NCBI GenBank assembly: GCA_964611985.1
Contig: CAZTBM010000002.1
Coordinates: 12,802-76,801, forward strand
Origin: an uncultured Desulfurococcales archaeon
Lineage (GTDB): Archaea; Thermoproteota; Thermoprotei_A; CAZTBM01; SZUA-1508
Length of the DNA stretch: 64,000 bases
Reading direction: 5' to 3'
In this document: positions 18,700-28,722 of the stretch, piece after piece
How positions within the stretch are numbered: position 1 is the stretch's first letter
Layout of the letters: each line of letters opens with the position of its first letter
Program-made: the position numbers and the translations under genes
The notes under the pieces: generated by a model
What the model was told of the DNA's origin: nothing
What the model saw: the letters and a program-made list of their open reading frames with translations, nothing else
Database searches by the model: none

Positions 18700-19785
18700 T
18701 TACTCTGATGATAAAATCTCGGGAAGGACTATTATCTTCATAGGGTCAAGATGTACTTTTATTTCACTACCAGGCTCAAACTTATATGTCGTTGAGGTCT
18801 TAAGTCTTATAGGCCATTTTCCTATTTTTACCTCATAATCTATACCATCACCCGTGTATGTAGCTCTATCAACTTTAGCTAAAAAGACATTTTCCACATT
18901 ACTCTCTGAGGCCACGTGAACGTACTCTGGTCTAACAACTAAAGTTACTTTTTGATCTTTTTTAACTCTCTCCAAATCTGCGTAAGCGAGAATCTCTAAA
19001 CCATCCTCTGTTGAAATTAAGACTTTACCTATAGATGGATCCAGTATCTCCGTTAACCTACCTTCAATGAAGTATGTGACACCTACAAAGCTTGCTACAA
19101 AGAGGTTTACAGGCTTATTGTATATCTCTTCGGGAGTTCCTAACTGGATTATTTTACCCTTATTCATTATAGCTATTCTATCACATATGGCAAATGCTTC
19201 CGCCTGGTCATGTGTAACATAAATTGATGTGATCCCTAACCTCTTTTGGAGTTTCCTAAGCTCAAATCTTACATTCTCTCTAAGTTTTGCATCAAGGTTT
19301 GAGAGGGGCTCATCGAATAATAGTACTTGAGGCTCTATAACTATTGCTCTTGCTACTGCTACACGTTGCTGTTGACCACCACTAAGCTGGTGAGGATATC
19401 GATTCTCCAAGCCCTCTAGCCTTAAGAGTTCAAGGGCCCACTTTACCTTCTTCCTTATCTCGTTCTCTGGAACCTTTCTAAGACGTAATCCAAAGGCCAC
19501 ATTATCATATACCGTCATATGCGGAAAGAGAGCCCAGCTCTGAAACACCATAGCCATATTTCTTTTCTCAGGTGGCACGTTTGTTATATCTTTTCCATCC
19601 AATAATACTCTTCCTTCATCTGGCTTTGTTAATCCAGCAATAATTCTTAGGGTTGTTGTTTTTCCACAACCGCTAGGTCCGAGGAGGCCAAAAAACTCTT
19701 TATCCTTTATCTCAAGATATGGTATGTCTGCTGCTACTGTTTTACCATATATCTTTTTTATCTTTTCTAGAGTTAATCTTGCCAT
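18700..19785 (-). CDS. ABC transporter ATP-binding subunit (PotA/MalK-like, TOBE domain)
   Basis: GPSGCGKT, LSGGQQQR, DEPLSNLD. Confidence 0.92.
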   Translation of the reverse strand: MARLTLEKIKKIYGKTVAADIPYLEIKDKEFFGLLGPSGCGKTTTLRIIAGLTKPDEGRVLLDGKDITNVPPEKRNMAMVFQSWALFPHMTVYDNVAFGLRLRKVPENEIRKKVKWALELLRLEGLENRYPHQLSGGQQQRVAVARAIVIEPQVLLFDEPLSNLDAKLRENVRFELRKLQKRLGITSIYVTHDQAEAFAICDRIAIMNKGKIIQLGTPEEIYNKPVNLFVASFVGVTYFIEGRLTEILDPSIGKVLISTEDGLEILAYADLERVKKDQKVTLVVRPEYVHVASESNVENVFLAKVDRATYTGDGIDYEVKIGKWPIRLKTSTTYKFEPGSEIKVHLDPMKIIVLPEILSSE

Positions 19786-19793
19786 ACTTACTC

Positions 19794-20600
19794 TTAACCT
19801 CCCATCCTCAGTGATATCTGTAAGTATTTTTCGAGTAAGAGTGCTATAAGTATAGATGGTATAACTATGAATATACTTAGTGCTGCTGCTGGTTGTGGTG
19901 TTAAATAGTATCCTCCAACGTACTCATATATTGCTACAGGTAAGGTTTTAACGCCAGGAAATCCTAGTAGCAATGTTAGTACGAACTCGTTAAGTGACCA
20001 TGAGAATGCAAAGATCCCTCCTACGAGAATTCCACGCCATACGAGAGGTATATAGATTTTCCTTATGACCTGTAATCTTGTTGCACCAAGGTTTCGGGCT
20101 GCATCCTCGAGATCTTTAGGTATTTGTATGAAAGCTGCTGTAACACTTCTTAGGGTGTAGGGTATTGCACCTATCATATGACAAGGTAGTAGAGCCCAGT
20201 AATTGTTTAACAAACCTAACTTGGTGTATAATGGTAGGAGGCCTATACCTATAACGATCGCAGGTAATGCCATTGGAAGGTTAACGAGGTTCTCAGTGAA
20301 TGCTGTTAACCTCGTTCTCCTCGTTCCTAGAACGTAACCTGCTGGAATACATATGGCTAGTGTAGCTATCATAGTTAGTGGAGCTAAGGTATAGCTGTAG
20401 AGGAATGCAACTCTAGTGTCATGATGCTTAAGAACCCATGAGAACCATTTAATACCGAGCTTTGAAGGGAAAAGCTGATATGCATACCAGACCTCAGCAA
20501 ACGCATACTCAAAGAGCACAAATAATGGTAAGACAATATAAACAACAACTATCCCTATAACCAGTATGTCCAGCAGACGTTGCTTGTCCATGGCTATCAC
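19794..20600 (-). CDS. ABC transporter permease (PotC-like)
   Basis: About 6 TM segments, EAA loop LEDAARNLGA. Confidence 0.88.
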   Translation of the reverse strand: MIAMDKQRLLDILVIGIVVVYIVLPLFVLFEYAFAEVWYAYQLFPSKLGIKWFSWVLKHHDTRVAFLYSYTLAPLTMIATLAICIPAGYVLGTRRTRLTAFTENLVNLPMALPAIVIGIGLLPLYTKLGLLNNYWALLPCHMIGAIPYTLRSVTAAFIQIPKDLEDAARNLGATRLQVIRKIYIPLVWRGILVGGIFAFSWSLNEFVLTLLLGFPGVKTLPVAIYEYVGGYYLTPQPAAALSIFIVIPSILIALLLEKYLQISLRMGG

Positions 20601-21496
20601 CTCGCCTGTAGTACCACACGTTTGCCCATGAATCGGAATATTAAGTATCCTAACAAGAGCGATACGATAAGGTAGAATGCTCCTGAAACATAGCCTGAAA
20701 TGTAATCGAATCTTTTAACTATGTCTATGTAGATCATGACATTCAGGAATTGTGGCCAACTACCACCTAAAATGAATGGTATTGAGAATCCTATCATTGT
20801 CGCAAGGAACACTATGGCTATAGTGGCTATGAGGGCATATCTTGTCAGGGGAAAGTATACATATTTTATGATATGCCATGTTGAGGCACCAAGATTACGT
20901 GCAGCATCAACTAGATCTCTTCTAACCATTTGGAATGAGCTATACATTATGCTTGTTGCTACTACAAATCTTATCCATACCTCACCAAACACTATACCTA
21001 TACCGTAAGGGTCATTGACAAGTCTTAGGGGCTCCTTTATAAAGCCAAGACCCATAAGGATACTGTTTATGACTATAGCTACGTAGCCTCTTGGGAATAG
21101 GAGAGTCCACCACATAAAAGCTCCGATAACATAAGGTGTGAATAGGGGTATTGTCATTACTGGTGATACTTTTCTCCATGTAGGCGGATTACGTAATGTA
21201 AGGTATAGCGCGAAGAAATACCCAGCTAAGACACCAATAGCTGTTGAGATAGCACTAATCTTTATTGTGAAGAATAATGATTCTAAGTAGGGTTTAGTAG
21301 GATCAATAAACTCCAGATAACCTTCTAATGTAGGTTTCATTTCAGGGCTTAATCTTATGAAAACAGGTATACCAAAAGATCCTGCAAAAACACTAATAAC
21401 GGGGACGCCTATCATTACGGCGAGGAATATGTATAAAGGGAGTAAAAATAAAAAAGTAATAATTGATTCTTTACTCAACCTCATGGTTGAGTTCAC
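20597..21496 (-). CDS. ABC transporter permease (PotB-like)
   Basis: About 6 TM segments, LVDAARNLGA. Confidence 0.88.
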   Translation of the reverse strand: MNSTMRLSKESIITFLFLLPLYIFLAVMIGVPVISVFAGSFGIPVFIRLSPEMKPTLEGYLEFIDPTKPYLESLFFTIKISAISTAIGVLAGYFFALYLTLRNPPTWRKVSPVMTIPLFTPYVIGAFMWWTLLFPRGYVAIVINSILMGLGFIKEPLRLVNDPYGIGIVFGEVWIRFVVATSIMYSSFQMVRRDLVDAARNLGASTWHIIKYVYFPLTRYALIATIAIVFLATMIGFSIPFILGGSWPQFLNVMIYIDIVKRFDYISGYVSGAFYLIVSLLLGYLIFRFMGKRVVLQAR

Positions 21497-22881
21497 TTCC
21501 TTGCTACTTCGTCAACCCACTTCTTCATCATATAGAACATGTAGTCTGCGTGCCTATACCATAATGGTCCATAGTTACGCCACTTAATTAAGTCTTTGTA
21601 TGGCTCGTTTATCGGCCACCATGGCTGTTTCTTAACTTCATCTGGTACATCCTTCCATGCTTCAGTTACGGCAGGATATGCTCCTATCTTTTGTGGTATT
21701 AATGCTTGCACCTTCTTTGATAGTAGCCAGTTAATGAATACTAGTGCAGCTGCCTTATGTGGTGCATTGAATGGTATGAATACTCCATCGAATGGTCCTG
21801 GCATTGTTGGTTCCGGTATGTACATTCCAACCCATTTTGGATCTAATCTGCCGGCTTGTACCTCCTGCATTGTGATTGATATCCACATTGGTATAAGTAT
21901 TACTTCGCCTGCTTCAAATAACTCTATTGTGGCCTTGTTTCCTTGTGGATATGTTCCTGGCTGATAGCAGTACTTCTCTAGCTCATTCAAGTACTCCCAG
22001 AAGGTCATACCATACTTTCCTTTACTATAGAATATCTCTTTAGCTCTCTCCTCACTGAACTTGGCGAACGCAAACTTGTCATAGCCGTAGAACCATTCGG
22101 CTAGTCCTATTAGGAATGTGTGACCGCTACCTCCCTTGTTAGGGTCACAATATGTGAACTTGCCTGGATGTTTCTTAACCCAGTCTAATAGCTCATCAAA
22201 GGATTTTGGTACATCATCTGGATATTTTAGTAAGTCCTTTCTATATAGGAAGCCAACCCACCATGCTAGTATTGGTAGGTGTCTTCCATTTGTCGGGTAC
22301 ATGTCGTGGAAGTATCTTGCTACAAATGGAATGCCTTTAGCATTAGGTATGATTTCTGCTAAGTTTACATCCCATACTGCTCCAGCCTCATAGGCCATGG
22401 CAAATGGCTTAGACCATGCCAGTACTACATCTATTTCTCCAACAGTCTTACCTGCCTCTTTTTCGCTAATTAACCTCTGAACTGTATCAAACCAGTGTCC
22501 ATGCACATAAACTGCCTTTATGCCTGTTTCCTTTTCGAACTCCTTACATAACTCGGTGAAGAAGTCTCTCTCATAGGTGCTTCCGAAGCCATACCATACT
22601 ACTTTTCCTTCTTTCTTAGCTAACTCTACTATTTGATCCCATGATAGCGTATACACGTTCTTTTCATTTAACTTTCCAGGAGCTACTCCTGGTGCAGCAG
22701 CTGTCAAAGTCTTTGTAACTGTTACTGTTTGAGCTGCTCCAGTGACGGTTGTAGTAACAGTTGAGGTTACAGTTTTCTCTACAGGTTTAACCATTGCAAC
22801 GCCAATGCCATACCCAACGATAATACCTATTATTAGTAATACAACACCTATAAGTAAGGGCTTACTTGTAGATGTACTCAA
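21493..22881 (-). CDS. ABC transporter solute-binding protein (PotD/YnjB-like), N-terminal TM anchor and Thr-rich linker
   Basis: TM, TVTSTVTTTVT linker, AKKEGKVVWY, DPNKGGSG, IPFNAPHKAAALVFINWLLS. Confidence 0.85.
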   Translation of the reverse strand: MSTSTSKPLLIGVVLLIIGIIVGYGIGVAMVKPVEKTVTSTVTTTVTGAAQTVTVTKTLTAAAPGVAPGKLNEKNVYTLSWDQIVELAKKEGKVVWYGFGSTYERDFFTELCKEFEKETGIKAVYVHGHWFDTVQRLISEKEAGKTVGEIDVVLAWSKPFAMAYEAGAVWDVNLAEIIPNAKGIPFVARYFHDMYPTNGRHLPILAWWVGFLYRKDLLKYPDDVPKSFDELLDWVKKHPGKFTYCDPNKGGSGHTFLIGLAEWFYGYDKFAFAKFSEERAKEIFYSKGKYGMTFWEYLNELEKYCYQPGTYPQGNKATIELFEAGEVILIPMWISITMQEVQAGRLDPKWVGMYIPEPTMPGPFDGVFIPFNAPHKAAALVFINWLLSKKVQALIPQKIGAYPAVTEAWKDVPDEVKKQPWWPINEPYKDLIKWRNYGPLWYRHADYMFYMMKKWVDEVARK

Positions 22882-23277
22882 AATTGCAAACCTCCTAGAA
22901 CGAACATTTAAATCAATTTTTCACTTCTATAAGGTCTTCACCATCGTATATAAGGCTTACTAGGATATTTAAAATACTCCACTTTATAAATGATTACCGA
23001 TTCGATGACACCCCCATATCACTATATTTCATCATATTCAATAAGCGTTTTAATAGTGAATATTGTTCGAATCTCTTGAATATTACCATCCTCCATTAAA
23101 AATACATAAACCATTAAGCCCCACTACATGAGTAAGCATTGTGTGATATATATTCAAAATTTACATCATCAAATAGAGATTTCCTGAGAGAATGTAAAAA
23201 ACGTAAAATAAACTTATTAGGTTAGACAACGTGTGTTATAATAGTAATGTAGATGTGTCAACTTTAGGTAATAAGTA

Positions 23278-24675
23278 ATGTATACCTCTGTCATCATCAT
23301 AAGCTCTAATAGTATAAAAGTTGGCGTGTTTGACGAAGATAAGCTAATATTTATGAATAGTGAAGGGTTTAAGAATATAAAAGCTGAAATAGCATTCAAA
23401 ACCATAACTAACCTACTTCTAAATATTCCCCAACACCTTAAAGTCGGTATAAGTAAGCTCATCATTGGAGGACTTAGAAGTGGATTTTTAACTGTAAATA
23501 AGGATGGTAGAATAGTAGTTGACGTAATGCCATGGTACGATAAAAGAGCTTTAAAAGAGGCTGAAGAACTTGAAAGAAAAATACCTGGTATATTCGAAGT
23601 TACCGGTCTTAGATGTTTACCATATTATTCCGCTCCTAAAATACTATGGCTTAAACGCTATTACCCTGAGAAGGTAGAAAAATCCTACAAATTCCTTTTA
23701 CTATTAGACTACATACTCTCTAAGCTCATAGGAGAGAAGAAACATTACTATACAGATATAACCATCGTCAATAGGACGTTAATGTACAATATACGTAAAA
23801 GAGAATGGAGCGATGAAATATTATCATTACTAGACGTTAATGAAGATAAACTTCCCGAAGTATCTGAGACAGGTAAAGTACTTGGAATTTTAGGTGAAAG
23901 TGTAAGAAGAAAAACAAGAATGAGCAAAGTTGAGGTGATTAATGCAGGGGGGGATCAGCAACTCTCCATATATGCCTTAGCTGACCTAAAGGAGGATGAA
24001 GTAGCACTTAATATGGATACTGGGGTATTCGTTCTTAAACCCTTAAAAGATCTAAAACCATATACTCCTAAATTTATATACAGCATCCATACGGATAACA
24101 GGCTATTCGTACTTGAAGGTGTAGTTATAACAGCAGGTTTAGCCCTATCATATATGTTGCATTTATTAGATTTAACCTATGAAGCAGTAAGAAAAGCATA
24201 TCCTATAAGAACAAACATAATCTACACGCCTTTCATTAGTGGTAGAGGATCACCTTCATGGAACCCCAATATACCAGCCTCGATATTTAACTTAAGTTTA
24301 TGGTCTGATAAAATCGAAATACTAAAAGCAGTTATTGAAGGTATTTTATTTGAAATCAAATGTGTCATAGAATCACTTAATCAAGAAGGAATAAACATTA
24401 AAAGAGTTAAAGTTTCAGGAGAACTATCATCAGATGAATGCTTAATTCAAATGCTTTCTGACGTTCTAAATCTACCAGTAGTGAGGATAGAACCACGTGA
24501 AACAGTATTTTATGGAGCATTAAAAGTAGCTGGGAATCAAAAGCTGAAAATAAAAGAAAGTAAAGTACTTTACCCAAATGACAAATTAGTTAAGTACTAT
24601 GAAGAAAAATACGATTATTATAAGAAAATAGTAGACTATATGGAAAAATATCCTAGGTCGCAAATCGCTATATAA
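23278..24675 (+). CDS. Divergent FGGY-family carbohydrate kinase, possibly inactive
   Basis: WYDKRA, YSAPKILWL, NRTLMYNI, GGDQQ, AVIEG; lacks the N-terminal DxGT motif. Confidence 0.75.
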   Translation: MYTSVIIISSNSIKVGVFDEDKLIFMNSEGFKNIKAEIAFKTITNLLLNIPQHLKVGISKLIIGGLRSGFLTVNKDGRIVVDVMPWYDKRALKEAEELERKIPGIFEVTGLRCLPYYSAPKILWLKRYYPEKVEKSYKFLLLLDYILSKLIGEKKHYYTDITIVNRTLMYNIRKREWSDEILSLLDVNEDKLPEVSETGKVLGILGESVRRKTRMSKVEVINAGGDQQLSIYALADLKEDEVALNMDTGVFVLKPLKDLKPYTPKFIYSIHTDNRLFVLEGVVITAGLALSYMLHLLDLTYEAVRKAYPIRTNIIYTPFISGRGSPSWNPNIPASIFNLSLWSDKIEILKAVIEGILFEIKCVIESLNQEGINIKRVKVSGELSSDECLIQMLSDVLNLPVVRIEPRETVFYGALKVAGNQKLKIKESKVLYPNDKLVKYYEEKYDYYKKIVDYMEKYPRSQIAI

Positions 24676-24686
24676 CTACATTTTTA

Positions 24687-26174
24687 TTAGCATAAGGACT
24701 TTCTAACAGCTTCTTTCCATTCTAGATAGAGTTTCTCCCTTATATCCTCATTCATACGGGGCTTGAAAACTTTATCAACATCCCATAGTTTCTCTATATC
24801 AGATAGAGATCGCCAAATATCTATGGCTAGCCCTGCTAAATATGCTGTTCCAAGTAGGGTTGTTTCAGAAATTTTAGGTCTAACTACATTCACACCTAGA
24901 ATGTCAGCTTGAAATTGCATAAGAGAGTTTATATTGGAGAGTCCTCCATCAACTCTAAGCTCTTTAACCTTTATTTTCATTACCTTTTCCATCTCCTCTA
25001 TAATATCTCTAGTAGCATAAGCTATAGATTCTAGTACAGCCCTTATTATATGGAATCTTGTGGTGCTCCTCTTAAGTCCAACAAGTAAACCCCGTACATT
25101 AGAATTCCAGTAAGGAGCACCCAATCCTAATAATGCGGGAACAAAGTAGACCCCATCACTTGATGGTGTTCGAACCATTATTTCCTCTATTTCATGCACT
25201 GAACTCAACAATCCTAAGTTATTTATAAGCCAATCTATAGCTGAACCTGTAGTGAATATGCTTCCCTCAATAGCATAAGAAACTCTACTCCCAGATAGGC
25301 CCCATGCGATTGTGGTTAAGAGGTTCTTTGCGAAGACAGGTTTTTCGTCAGTGTTCATTAATACGAAGTTGCCAGTACCATAAGTGCATTTTGTTGATCC
25401 CAGTCTAAAAGCAGTATGTCCAAAGAGTGAGGCCTGTTGATCCCCTATAACACTACCTACTGGTACATTGATCTTGATGACCTCTAAGTTTGCATGACCA
25501 TATATCTCACATGAGGGCTTAGGCTCGGGCAGAGGTATCTCAGGTATTTCAAGTAGGTCTAGTAGTTCTTTATCCCATGTTAAGTTATGTATGTTGAAGA
25601 GAAGTGTTCTAGATGCATTAGTATAGTCAGTCATATATAGCCTTCCGTTACTGAGTTTCCATAAGATAAATGTGTCTAGAGTCCCTACGAGAAACTCGCC
25701 TGACAGTAGTTTCTCTTTTATCTTTGGCCTATTTTCGATGAGCCATTTGATTTTAACACCCGAGAAGTTTGAACTAGGTATTAGCCCCGTTTTCTTTTTT
25801 ACAAATGCTTCATGCTCCCTCTTGATTGCTTGAACTATACTCTCCGTCCTTCTACATTGCCAAACAATTACATTGTGCACTGCTTTACCTGTCCTACTAT
25901 CCCAAACTACGATTGACCCTCTCTGATTAGCTAATCCAAGAACTGTTACACTTTTTGGATCTATTTTAGCAGCATTAATAGCATCCTTTATCCCTAATAA
26001 TGTAAGCTTCCATATCTCCTCAGGATCCTGCTCTACCCAGCCAGGTCTAGGATGAAGTAACGGTATTCTCATCTTAACTATGCTTTTAATCTTTGCCTCT
26101 CTATTGAAAACTGCAATCTTAATTGTTGAAGTCCCTATATCTATCGCAATAATATGCTGATCATCTGTAGCCAT
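24687..26174 (-). CDS. glpK: Glycerol kinase
   Basis: AIDIGTS, GWVEQDP, NQR, WQCRRT, TNASRT, GDQQASLFG, KCTYGTG, GLGAPYW, VDGG, MQFQAD. Confidence 0.93.
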   Translation of the reverse strand: MATDDQHIIAIDIGTSTIKIAVFNREAKIKSIVKMRIPLLHPRPGWVEQDPEEIWKLTLLGIKDAINAAKIDPKSVTVLGLANQRGSIVVWDSRTGKAVHNVIVWQCRRTESIVQAIKREHEAFVKKKTGLIPSSNFSGVKIKWLIENRPKIKEKLLSGEFLVGTLDTFILWKLSNGRLYMTDYTNASRTLLFNIHNLTWDKELLDLLEIPEIPLPEPKPSCEIYGHANLEVIKINVPVGSVIGDQQASLFGHTAFRLGSTKCTYGTGNFVLMNTDEKPVFAKNLLTTIAWGLSGSRVSYAIEGSIFTTGSAIDWLINNLGLLSSVHEIEEIMVRTPSSDGVYFVPALLGLGAPYWNSNVRGLLVGLKRSTTRFHIIRAVLESIAYATRDIIEEMEKVMKIKVKELRVDGGLSNINSLMQFQADILGVNVVRPKISETTLLGTAYLAGLAIDIWRSLSDIEKLWDVDKVFKPRMNEDIREKLYLEWKEAVRKSLC

Positions 26175-26654
26175 ATCTTAACACATCCATAGACCCATGG
26201 TACATAGGCTTGAAACCATACTATAATATTGAGAGCATACTTTTTATCGATGTATCTTACTTTTAAAATTAAATTATTTTTAAATAAGTCAATAGTGATG
26301 ATGACTCATGTGTCTCCAAAGGCGAATTTACAATTCCTTTTCAACATAATAGATTTACACGGGTGATGACAGTTAAGACATAGGGTGACCTTGAGTATTT
26401 TCAATTACAATTAATACGCTGGGTTAATAGGATCATAAAGATTCTTCTTGTACAAATATTTCTTTCCTCAAAGATAAAGTTAATATTTTATCCTCTTTCT
26501 TAGTTAAAAATAGATCATAAGAAAAGCGATTTTGATCATTGAAGATAGTATGGTGCTACCATGAAACCTGACATAAAAATCCCACATATCAATGTTTTCT
26601 TGTTACTCTCTTACACTCAACACATTAACAATAAGAGAGGTTAGGGTGCATTCT

Positions 26655-27473
26655 ATGAAAAAAGGTTATATGGGCTTCATACTTGATGTTGATGGAGTTT
26701 TACGAAGAGGAGACAAACCTATACCAGGTGCTGCTGAAACTGTTAGAAGACTAAGAGAGCTAAATAAGAAAATAGTGTTTCTATCTAACCTATCATCAAA
26801 ATCTAGAGAGGAGTATGTCAAGATTCTAAGGAGAATAGGTATAGAAGCATCCCCTGATGAGTTAGTTTTAGCTACAAGTGCTACAGCAGCTTATGTAGCT
26901 CAACATTCTAAAACAAAGAAGGTATATTGGGTTGGCGCTCCAGGACTTAGAAGGGAGCTTGAAAAAGCTGGTTTAAAAATAGTTGAGGATCCTGAAGAAG
27001 CCGAGTTTGTTGTAGCAGGCTCGCCTTTTGATAAATACGGTAATATAACTGAAGAGAATAGATGGAAAATTACAGGGGCTATCAGAGCTATTCTTCTTGC
27101 TAAAGCAAAGTTTGTTGCAGTAAACCCTGATACCTTATTCCCAGCAAGTGATGGCAAGCCTGTTCCTGGTACTGGCACTTTCTTAGGTGCTGTAACTGCT
27201 GCTACAGGTGTAAAGCCAGTAATAATAGGCAAACCCTCTCCATTAATATTCAAGATTGCCTTAAATAAGCTCAATTTACCTCCAGAAAAAGTAGTAATAG
27301 TTGGAGACCAAGTTGACATAGATTTAGTACCTGCTAAAAAGCTGGGTATCACAACAGTACTTGTTTTAACAGGTTTAACATCACGTGAGGATCTTGAGAA
27401 AATGAATGAAGAGAAGCGTAAGGCAATAGACTATGTTTTCGACTCTATACGAGATGTCTTACGTTTAGTTTAA
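26655..27473 (+). CDS. HAD-IIA (NagD/AraL-like) phosphatase (probable start ATG 26655)
   Basis: LDVDGV (DxD), LSN, NPD, GKP, VGDQVDID, VLTG. Confidence 0.88.
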   Translation: MKKGYMGFILDVDGVLRRGDKPIPGAAETVRRLRELNKKIVFLSNLSSKSREEYVKILRRIGIEASPDELVLATSATAAYVAQHSKTKKVYWVGAPGLRRELEKAGLKIVEDPEEAEFVVAGSPFDKYGNITEENRWKITGAIRAILLAKAKFVAVNPDTLFPASDGKPVPGTGTFLGAVTAATGVKPVIIGKPSPLIFKIALNKLNLPPEKVVIVGDQVDIDLVPAKKLGITTVLVLTGLTSREDLEKMNEEKRKAIDYVFDSIRDVLRLV

Positions 27474-27489
27474 GAGGTGATCTTACCTC

Positions 27490-28722
27490 ATGGGACTTAA
27501 TGAATACATAAATGCACTCAAAAAAACTCTCCCTATACTTAAGAGTGTTAGTGAAGTAGTTTTAGTACACCACAACGATGCCGATGGGTTAACTTCTGCT
27601 GCAATAATCCAAACGGCTTTGAAAAGGAAAGGTATCGAAGTCACAGATATAACTTTAGAGAGGGCACACCCCCTTATAATTGAGAGGATAATCAAACTGT
27701 ATGATGCACCTATAATATTTGCAGATATGGGTGCAGGTGCAGCTAAAGTAATCTCTGAGAAAAATAAGGGCAAAAATACAATTATAATAATAGATCATCA
27801 CCTGCCCTCGAAGGTTGATGATCCAAAGATACTTAACCTATCTACTAGAGCATATGATGTAAATGGCGATAAGGATATTTCGGCTTCAACAGCAGCATAC
27901 CTCTTTGCTAATGTCTTAGGAGAGAACAGGGATTTAGCATATTTAGCTGTTATAGGTGCCATAGGTGACAGTCATCACAGATTTGGTAAGCTAGTAGGCG
28001 CTAATAGATTAGCCCTAGAGGAGGCTGTAAAGAGAAACCAAGTAAAAGTAGTAGAAGTTGATGGTAAGGAGGATTATTATTTAACAGTCTTCGGCGGCTC
28101 AATACCGATTTCAAAGTTTGCTAAGGAACTTACTGTACTAGGTGCTGTAGGATACTATATGGGCGGGCCAGATGTAGGAATAAAAACAGCATTAGAAGGA
28201 CCTAATGAAGAGGCAGAGAAATTACTAGAAAAGCTTGACAATATAAAGAGAAAGGCATTCGATAAAGTCTTAACCAAGTTACGTACTGAAGGATTAAACC
28301 AGACAGAGTATGTCCAGTGGTTCCATGTGCATGATGACTTTGCACCAATGGGTGTAAAGGTTATTGGCGAATTCTGTATGGAAATTAGAGATATGGACTT
28401 CATAAATCCCAATAAGTACCTAGCAGGATTCCAAAATATGCCACCAACAGTTCCTAAATTAGGCGAATTTAACTGGAAATTAGTAAAGGTCTCCTTTAGG
28501 TTACCTAGTGCACTCGAGGAAAGAGTAATCAAAGGTGAAATGCCAGGCTATACATGGCTTGTGTCTAAAGCAGCTCCACATGTTGGCGGTGACATAGATG
28601 CATGTCATAGACATGCCTGTGCGACCACATTTGATCAAGGCTTAGAAAAAGAGTTCATAAAATGGTTAAACTACTATGTTAACGAATACTTAAAATTAGC
28701 CAGAATCATAAAATCCTCATGA
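27490..28722 (+). CDS. DHH-family phosphoesterase
   Basis: HHNDADG, ADMG, IIDHH, GAIGD; atypical C-terminal DACHRHAC; 16 bp downstream of the HAD gene. Confidence 0.82.
   Translation: MGLNEYINALKKTLPILKSVSEVVLVHHNDADGLTSAAIIQTALKRKGIEVTDITLERAHPLIIERIIKLYDAPIIFADMGAGAAKVISEKNKGKNTIIIIDHHLPSKVDDPKILNLSTRAYDVNGDKDISASTAAYLFANVLGENRDLAYLAVIGAIGDSHHRFGKLVGANRLALEEAVKRNQVKVVEVDGKEDYYLTVFGGSIPISKFAKELTVLGAVGYYMGGPDVGIKTALEGPNEEAEKLLEKLDNIKRKAFDKVLTKLRTEGLNQTEYVQWFHVHDDFAPMGVKVIGEFCMEIRDMDFINPNKYLAGFQNMPPTVPKLGEFNWKLVKVSFRLPSALEERVIKGEMPGYTWLVSKAAPHVGGDIDACHRHACATTFDQGLEKEFIKWLNYYVNEYLKLARIIKSS

Noticed and set aside
26295..26400. Two C-box-like RTGATGA motifs between glpK and the HAD gene
   Set aside because: No CTGA D box at proper spacing and no recognisable guide.
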